Assembly: GCA_024704765.1 (NCBI GenBank)
Contig: JAKMXF010000010.1
Location: forward strand, 1 to 57,827
Length of the DNA stretch: 57,827 nucleotides
Direction: 5' to 3'
Source: Oopsacas minuta
Taxonomy: Eukaryota > Animalia > Porifera
Made by a program: the position numbers and the translations under genes. Below are positions 49,631 to 57,827 of this stretch, one piece after another. A model generated the notes under the pieces. That model made no database searches, was not told where the DNA came from, and was given only the letters and a program-made list of their open reading frames with translations. Position 1 is the first letter of the stretch; every line of letters starts with the position of its first letter.

Positions 49631-51555
49631 TTATATTGCTGTTTTAACATATTTGTTTGTAATTATAGTAAAGGCGATCTATGGTTTGAGGCCCGTGAGT
49701 GGAGTCAAATTTTTAATGTGGCCCGTAGGTTTAAAAGTTTTAGCACCCCTGCTATAGGCATTAATATTCATTTATTTCTGTTTTAGTTCAAAGCTCTATT
49801 ATTAACCCTGGAATTCCGGTTATATAATAATTGTATATCACCTTATTTTCTATATATCAATTACTTCAACACACTAACACTAACATTGATGGAATTTGGT
49901 CTACAAACTGATTAAAGGAATCAAACATACTTTGAAATGTTCCCACAAATGATAAGTTACATTTTTAATATTAACTTAGTGAATTCATTTTGCTATTTAA
50001 AATATATTATTTTCTAATAGAATAATAAGGAAATCTAATTAAAATCCACTCAACAGACTTTCAATAGAATCCAGATTGATAAACAGAATACATCTATCAG
50101 TTATCAAATGTTAATTGAAATTATGGAATATTTCGAAAATTTTTTGGAACTCAAATATAATAGAAGAAATACACTAAATAAGTGCTGTGTGTATGGAATG
50201 TAATATAACTATAACAAACTAGATTAAAGCATATACCAAATAAGGAAATAATGTATTATTAGATTTTAGGCGCTAACAAAGGTTAATTAGATTACAAAGA
50301 TTAACTAATTGGTTCCTATTTTGAAAATTATTCAAATTCCAATCTATTAAACCTGTAACTAAGTTAGTGAATATAATTACTGTAATTAGAAATTATATTA
50401 CCGCTTATAGTGAGTAGTTCAAATGTTAAGAAATACATGGAAATACATTATTGAGTAATTACATTAACGTTTCCCTAATTAGATTATGTGTAATTAATGA
50501 ATAATTTGTGATTAGTGTAATGCTATTATTAGAAATGTAAATGGTTGATAAGTTTATGTTCAATAGTAAATAAAAGAGAATTCAGTGGACACCCGAAGGA
50601 TGCCAACCCCGAACATAAAGTGTTCGCTTGCCGCGAAACGCAAGTAAGCATAGCTTGCTTGTATTTAATAGAATGTATTAACCAATAGAATTACAGTCTC
50701 CATCAATACAATACATTACAGTACTAATTAAATTACAAACACTTCATCAGAACTAATTTTATGCATTTATGCCTAATCAAAAACTCTACAATCTGATTGG
50801 CTAAAATATTCCTACAATCTGATTAGACGCGGGCGTTCAATGAATAACGCAATTTGGAGAATTTCCCGTTGATTTCCTATAATGTGGTTATCGTGTTTGG
50901 TGAATCTTGTTTAAATCAAGCAAAGTCTCAAAGTTATTGCGTGAATGTACATACTCGGGATTTATGAGTCTATTCCTTTTGTGTATAGAATGCACTATTA
51001 GTTAGTTGAGTTACCATAAACTACAGCAAATGACGCCTATAACTATTATTCGGTGAACTTTTTCCTTTTCTGTATAATGTTTTCCCAAAAATATCGATTT
51101 GACTCTTAGAATCGCCGGGTTTCCCCCTTAATTATTGGATATATCTGTAACTATTAACTTTTTCAAATGAATTCTCTGATATATTAATTTTCGTGAGGTA
51201 TGATGAATTTCCTCAAGTTTGACGGGTCACAAGGGTATATTTGCGAAAAATCATTTCTTGACAACGGCGGTGTGTGGTAACATTCCATGATGCTCAGTAC
51301 ATTCAAATCTCAATATTCCACAAGCTAAGAATACAAATAAATACGACTATATTATGATAAAAGTCTTTCCCCTGGGCTAGCATGATTCCAACCCTGCACA
51401 AGCTCTTGGCCCATCCGAGGAGTTAATACGTGAGTACAGAACTGGACAGTGGGCTTGATTGATCACTTGATAATCTCCATGCTGTACCCCAGTCTTGAGT
51501 TGAAATTATCACACCTTTTGAATTATTTATTATTGTTTGTTAACAGTTAAAAGAA

Positions 51556-51616
51556 GGTGTTGTCTTAAGACAAGGCATAGCTTAACTGATGAGTCCTAGC
51601 GGGACGAAACACCACT
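51556..51616 (+). ncRNA. Type III hammerhead ribozyme
   Basis: GGUGUUGU-C-UUAAG-ACAAGGCAUAG-CUUAA-CUGAUGA-GUCC-UAGCG-GGAC-GAA-ACACCACU: complete conserved core, stem I 5 bp, stem II 4 bp, stem III 7 of 8 pairs, GUC cleavage triplet (C51564). Confidence 0.85.
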
Positions 51617-51962
51617 ATAATATGTATATAATCAAAAAATATATTTTATGAATCTTTAATAGCATTTCCTCCAGCATACATTGTAGTGTTGTCACAAATT
51701 ATGTCATATTATTTTATATTAATTATTGATATTCCCTTTCATTTCTAGGTGCTAGCAACTCAAATACTTTTCCAAAGGATGATGAAAAATTACAATGTTG
51801 ATAACAATAATAATATAATAATAATAATGAATGCACTGCAACATATTTATTATGTTTAATTTCGTATTTAGTAAAGAACCAGAAGAGAACTTTTTATTAT
51901 GGCACGGCCATACACCAGTGTGCACACGTGCACACCAAGCACGTCCATACTGCAACATATAC

Positions 51963-52282
51963 ACAAGATTCTAGAAATATCACAAATTATCAAGCAGAAT
52001 AATGAAGGGAGAGAATACATAGATGTAGAGATAGTTAAGAAAATGGAAGATAAGATAAGTAAGTTAAAAGCCAAGCCTCTTCCAACGGGTGCTGATGCTC
52101 CAGGCATGTCCTATACAGAAATATTGGGAAATATTGTATTAGGTGTATTCATTTTCGGGGTATCAGTATCTAGGGGAAATTCAAAATTATTGACGGATTA
52201 TTTACATCCAGTTCCTCAACCTCCGAGGAAAATTGATGATGAAGAGTTCCAAGTATTTACCGAACACTTCAAAAATGATTAA
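51963..52282 (+). pseudogene. C-terminal fragment of the AIG1/GIMAP-like gene, without the mariner insertion
   Basis: 57 of 58 bp identical to 55946-56003, then an open frame EYIDVEIVKK..ILGNIVLGVFIFGVSVS..FKND*. Confidence 0.7.
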
Positions 52283-52737
52283 TTATTTTACATATTTTTC
52301 CTAACTGTACATTCATGATGTATCATGAATTTTATTTTATATTATTTATCATAACAGGTACATTACTATTGACTAATAATTATTCCTTACTTGTCGTACT
52401 TGTGTATAATCTGTCACTACACGGAAATGGGTATTATTACTTTTATATTGAACATTTCTCTTAACGTAATTGTATTGAATATTATTCTCTATTAAGTTTT
52501 TAGGAAACATTTCAAATTTGCTATGCTATCTAGTATTTTGTGTAAGTCTGAACTTAGTACATTTGGTGCGTACATTCCATCGGTCGTTTGTTTATGACTT
52601 TATATTGTATAATACTCACCAAACTATTTGTATATTTTTTCATATGAAGACATTTCTTGCCTTTTGAGGTTTAAAATACTTAGATAGTGCTACACATTGA
52701 TTTCATAGTTTCTTTAGTTGGTAATTGCTTCGTTGAG

Positions 52738-52853
52738 CAGGGCTGTATCAACTGATTGTTTTCTACCAACTCATTCATTTTTATTGCACCAACTCATTCA
52801 ACTCATTTCAACTCATTTCAACTCATTCAATAAAATGAGTTGATACAGGCCTG
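52738..52853. mobile_element. hAT-type MITE (116 bp) with internal caactcatt repeats
   Basis: TIRs cagggctgtatcaact / agttgatacaggcctg; TSD tcgttgag/tcattgag (7 of 8). Confidence 0.85.
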
Positions 52854-53398
52854 TCATTGAGTGTCGCGATTTTCCCAAATACTGTATTCATTTTACAGTA
52901 GCGTCGATGTCCCACAATTCGTTCCACGGCATTTTCACTATTTCAGAGGTAACTATCATTTCTATTCCTCAATGAGGTAGATTGCTTTGACAAACTACCT
53001 CACATTCGCATGATTTATCGGGAGATGCCGGTACATCATCTATGTAAGATATACGTGGATAAACCGTCCCAGAGATGCCAATTCTATAGGCCTTTTGACT
53101 CTCATGGATAAATGTCAAAGAATTTGAGTGATCTCACGATTGAATACTAAATTCTGATAAATTGTAGCCGTTCTCACAAGTACTCATGGATTCTTGAGAT
53201 ATCAGATTGGCATCTATATCTATCTATGTAGAATTGTAGATGTATCTCAGAATCTTCCAATAATAACATAGGGACTGATTTAAATGAAACCGTAGAAAAC
53301 AATTCTAGTGCAATAAATTCTTGAGGTAACATTTACATTGTTTGTTACAGTATATTTGTCATTACTGCTAATTACTGAAATTATTTGTAGCTATCTTT

Positions 53399-53535
53399 AT
53401 GGAACTTCTTGAATACGAATCGATTTCAAATTTAATTACAACAGATTGTTATCCATCAGGCTATACGAAAAATCAGAAGAGAGTTTTCGAAGAAGAGCTT
53501 CTAACTACCGACTATATAACGAAAACTGGTTGAAC
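53399..53535 (+). mobile_element. Possible Ginger/Gypsy-integrase N-terminal remnant
   Basis: YPSGYTKNQKRV/RRRASNYRLYNE with one frameshift resembles the YP.G..K..KR.IRR.A..F.L motif. Confidence 0.4.
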
Positions 53536-54223
53536 CCTCTACCTCAAGAATTCATTACACTAGTATTATTTTTCTAAGGTTTCATTTAATCGATCATGAC
53601 AATACAGTATACGGCAAGGGACAATATTTGTAGAGGGGACAATTTTTGACGAGTAACATGGATATTTTACAAAATCTGTCCCCCCGGACAATTTATGTAG
53701 GGGGACTATTTTTGTCAAACACTACCGTCTATGATGGCTATAATAAGGTAACAAAATAAACACTGAATCCGAATTTCGTGTTGTCAATTTTCTCATATGT
53801 AAATTAATTTACATTTTATGAATATAAAGTAAACAAATATTTGAAATCTTGAAATAATAGTAGAGACTTGCTCTCAACGGATAGATAGGGGTAACAAAGT
53901 ACGCTGAATCCGGTGACCTGAAATTACATCAGCGCAGACGGTGACTTGAGATTTTTCTATCTATTTGCACTGAAGCTGAGAGATTTTTCAGGGATTAGTA
54001 TAAATCCCTATTGTGAATTACATATTTGTAATTCTGAACTTGAATGAAATACATGATCTGACACTCCCAGTCTGTCTTGCTTGACATTTTTGGTTAATAA
54101 TCACTCTATTGTAATTGCTTCCTTACATTAATGTAGTTTCTTGGATTTCAAGTTGATTTAACAATTAGCATGGGAACTACACAGTCTATTCCTGCACATA
54201 GAAGTTTTGTACTTATTGGGAAA

Positions 54224-54829
54224 TCAGCTAATGGTCTTGAAGGTGCCATCAGCTAGCCAGATCTTGCTTTGCCGCAGCATCCTGAGGTTGCGTTGTGTCC
54301 CGAGGATGACAAATCTGTGTACATCATCCTCACCAGAGTCGTAGAGTAAGAACTGCTCTCCCTTGGCTGTCTGCTGGTATACTGGTGGTAGAGCTAGCTC
54401 TGCTAGAGTGGTAGGCTGTGCTGGAGCTGCAAGTACACTAGCACGTTGGCGTTGTATCGTCCGCTTCAGGCTGTCCAGTTTGGGGAGTTTAGCAGCAGTA
54501 CCCTCTGATGCTGTTTGCAAACTCTCGCCCACTATGTGGTGTGTGCTATCCTGGGACTCCCGTGCTTTCCTCTTCATGTCTGCCTTCGCTTCACAACAGC
54601 CCGCTGCCTGCTCGTCAGGCCCATGAGAGTGCTCATTCGTGCGCTTGACTATTACCATCTCTTTGGTATGGACTCTAGCTTTGCAGATTCCTCTTTGCTC
54701 ACACAACCGATGCGTCACATCTCAAACTCTCCTCTGTACTCCAAATAAATATCCACTCTCCAACAGCTTATCTCCTCCTCTTTGTGACTTGATCAGCCTA
54801 AACGTCAGCTGATTAAGAGGTTCTGCCAT
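54224..54829 (-). mobile_element. FLYWCH + MULE transposase 5' remnant
   Basis: ATG 54829, SQRGGDKLLESGYLF, in-frame TGA, LCEQRGICKARVHT..HSH, FLLYDSG..RFVILGT..WLADGTFKT, then truncation. Confidence 0.88.
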
Positions 54830-55293
54830 TAAGGATTGTTAAATTTCAAAGACACGATGTAATAAGTAAAATTGAGAAAACGAATCTGAGTTTGAACTAG
54901 GTCATTTTCTATTTATGTCCGAGAATTGCAAATATCACAGGTGATCACATCCTGTTTACTACATTCCTCTTTACCAAGTATAGCCCTAAGAGTATTTACT
55001 TCGTGTGTGTTTACTTAATACTTACTATAGCAATCTTTGGAATTCATATCATTAAATGGACTCATGGAATCATGTCATCTAAAATTAGAATTATCTACTT
55101 TCCGTGTGCAAAAATAATTTTTAGAAAATTGATTATTAACGCGTGTAATTAGATTAAATCAATTAACTAAAATCATATCAAATTGGTGCGAATTGTTGGT
55201 ATCCGCAAAAGAAAACTACAACTTCTTCAGTAATGCTATTATTGTATTTACACACATTGATGAAATTCAACTGGGACAGGGAATTGAATTGAA

Positions 55294-56004
55294 TTGAATA
55301 CTGACACTTTGAATACAAAACTAATGGAAATCATGACTCGAAAAAGTTGGAAGCAATTATCCGAGCTTCTACAGCGAGTTAATAACAGATATATGTTCGT
55401 AAATGCAATGAACAGAGAACCTGGTTATCGTGAAGAGATTCTACAGAAACTGTTTGAACTTTCTAAACCTGTTGTGAAGGCTACATTCCATGGAAGTACA
55501 GGCTTTACATGTGAAGACTTACAGACACTATTCAAAGATAACAGCTGTGATATATCACATCCCAAATGTCACCTACAGTGTACTTTTTGTGATTTTCAAT
55601 GCACACAGGACAATCCTAATTTGGAATCATTTATCTCTAGAGTAAGACAATTAACACACGGTATTTCTGTGATTGTACTCCAAATAAATCTTAATAATGA
55701 TCTGAGCGAGCAGTCATTGAGGTTAATAACTGGATTGCCTGAATGTTATAAGCTAGGAGGAGATGGAGAGAGTGAATTTTGGAAATACACATTTATCTTG
55801 TTTAAGTTTGAAGCAGAACAGGAGGATCCAATTGGGTATATTCATAAACAATGTGAGAGATACGGGTGTATCAGAGAATTATATGAGAAATCTGGAAAGA
55901 GAGCTACATGGGTGACTGAACACATGACACGAGATCAATGTATTAACAAGATTCTAGAAATATCACAAATTATCAAGCAGAATAATGAAGGGAGAAAATA
56001 CATG
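55294..56004 (+). pseudogene. AIG1/GIMAP-like gene, N-terminal part, interrupted by mariner 3
   Basis: HGISVIVLQINL..SEQ, FWKYTFILF, IRELYEKSGKR, KILEISQIIKQNNEGRKY resemble the post-G3 part of the AIG1 domain; no GxxxxGKS or DTPG. The apparent tail MQELFNK* is mariner TIR sequence. Confidence 0.6.
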
Positions 56005-57322
56005 CAAGAGTTGTTCAATAAATAATAAGACATTCTTTCATAATTCATACAGTAAACCTATACTTATCATAATTGATTATCAAATGTTTCGATACATTCC
56101 CCCTTTAACTTTATACATCGTTTCCATCGTTCTGGTAACTTTTCCAGCCCAGTGGTATAGAATTCTTTAGGGGTTCCTTTTTCCCACTGTTTATTTCGTA
56201 CTCTAGCCATTTGAATCCTCAAATCTCTTCCCTCGAAGAGGTCACTTCAGCTCTCCAAACAGCCAGTAGTAGCTGGGAGCCAGGTCTGGACTATACGGGG
56301 GATGAGGGAGGTATTCGAATCCTAAGTCGTCAATTGCAGCCATTGTCTTGGAGCTTACATGGGGGCCTTGCGTTGTCATGTTGCAACAATACGCCACGTG
56401 TCCACTTGCCTCGCCTCTCACGTTTAATCGCTTGACGCAATTCTTTCAATTTGTCAACATAATAATCACTGTTTATTGTTGTCTTCTTAGGCAACCAGTC
56501 GAGGTGTATAATTCCTTCCCTATCCCAAAATACTGTTGCCATTCTCTTCCCCTGCTGCTGATTGTGCGGCCTTTACCTTGATGGGTACAGGTTCATCACG
56601 TCTCTTCCACTGCTTCGATTGAGTTTTGCTCTCTGGTTCATAATAATGAAACCAAGTTTCATCTCCCGTTACTATACGATCCAAAAAGTCTTCCCCTGCT
56701 TTGTATCTTGAAAGTAATTCTTTGCTAACTCTGACCCTTTCGCGTTATTGTCCCACTGAAGGAAGTTTTGGGACCCAACGCGCAGTTACCTACGACATTT
56801 CCAGATTTTCAGTGATAATCGAGTGTAGTGTGGCTTTTGACATACCTACCCTCTCTTCTAAATCTTGCAGGGTTATTCGTCTGTCCTTGTCCAAAATTGT
56901 TTGGACCCTCTCGATATTACTGCGGGTTTTTGAGGAAGTCGGACGACCTGGACGAGGGTCATCGTGGAGGTCCTCATCGCCATTATCAAAACGTTCGATC
57001 CATCTATATATGGTGGCTATCGAAGGACATTCATCACCGACAATATCCCGCATTTCACGAAGAATGTTTGAGCCAGTCTTGCCCTTTTCCACAGGTACCA
57101 AATTATCTGTCGTTTTCCTTCTTTGCTAAGTCCATTAGTTGAAAAAAGTAGCGGATACAAATGAAACTTTATACTGAAGAATATGCTAGTAGAGTAAATA
57201 GCATATTGTGTATCGAAGTTAGACAATCAAGTTAGGCGTGTAATCTGTTATTAGGCTTAGAGCTGTATTAACTAGAATATGAATTCGATACATTAGTCTC
57301 ATTACTTATTAAACAACCCTTG
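56005..57322 (-). mobile_element. Mariner (DD34D) element 3, full length (1318 bp), degenerate
   Basis: TIRs caagagttgttcaataaataataagac / gtctcattacttattaaacaacccttg (23 of 27); TSD TG/TA; DDPRPGRP, WVPK, TGDETW, HDNARP, PPYSPDL across stops and frameshifts. Confidence 0.92.
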
Positions 57323-57827
57323 TAGATGTAGAGATTGTTAAGAAGATGAAAGATAAGATAAGTTAAAAGCCAAGGCTCCTCCAAAGGGTGATACAATGTG
57401 GTCTGAGTTCTCTCAATCGTGTGATCAATAATTATCAGAATCCTGATGTGATCGACTTCTCTGCTATCTCATCACCTCCACCTGCTTCTTTCCTACCTTG
57501 TGCACAGATGTCAGAGAGACAGCAGCAGGTGAAGGAGAGAAAAGAGGCCGTCTACTCTCCCATCCAGAATTTTCCCATCGACGGACACTATTACCTGAAC
57601 ACGAGCCTGTCCGACTCAAGTGAAAAAGTTGATAAGCGAAGTTTCCCTCGAGCTTATCAGCTGTCTGAAGCAGTAGACCAGCATTACTCACTGGGTGACA
57701 AACCTCACGACTTTGAGGCATTACGAATAGCTGTTTCTGATGAAGATAACATCTCAGAGGTCACTTCCTATCCAAGTGAGGGTGACTTTGAGGAGGGTGT
57801 TGTGTCTGCCTGGAAACAACAAGTAAG
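57323..57827 (+). pseudogene. PCM1: GIMAP-like C-terminal stub fused by deletion to PCM1_C copy C (runs off the right edge)
   Basis: 57323-57390 matches 28830-28897; from about 57394 an open frame QCGLSSLNRVINNYQNPDVID..DFEALRIAVSDEDNISEVTSYPSEGD matches copies A and B. Confidence 0.8.

Noticed and set aside
51360-51480. Penelope GIY-YIG C-terminal remnant next to the hammerhead
   Set aside because: Only a weak P.RGVN resemblance with stops; not supportable without a profile search

Overview
AT-rich eukaryotic (animal) genomic DNA with short GT-AG introns. The gene families (degenerate-RING TRAF, NHL, Ig, Musashi, PCM1) suggest an invertebrate, possibly a sponge; this is inference only. The window is a transposon-dense rearrangement zone. 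It holds three mariner pseudo-elements, P-element/THAP, Buster-type hAT, Merlin, FLYWCH-MULE and Ginger-like remnants, about 20 MITEs and a Helitron/Helentron-like dispersed repeat. Mixed among these are host-gene copies and fragments: a MITE-interrupted TRAF-like gene, three PCM1 C-terminal-domain paralogs, an Ig-domain pseudogene, a HELQ exon split by MITEs, a broken Musashi-like gene, ACER3 and eIF3L fragments, an inverted pair of NHL genes and a mariner-split AIG1/GIMAP-like gene. About 3.75 kb (15.9-19.7 kb) is duplicated at 33.7-37.5 kb. The most striking signals are (1) a complete type III hammerhead ribozyme at 51556-51616, (2) an expanded family of stand-alone PCM1_C proteins and (3) a 113-bp-arm THAP hairpin whose loop is flipped between the two duplicated copies. 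All family assignments come from recalled motifs, not database searches.
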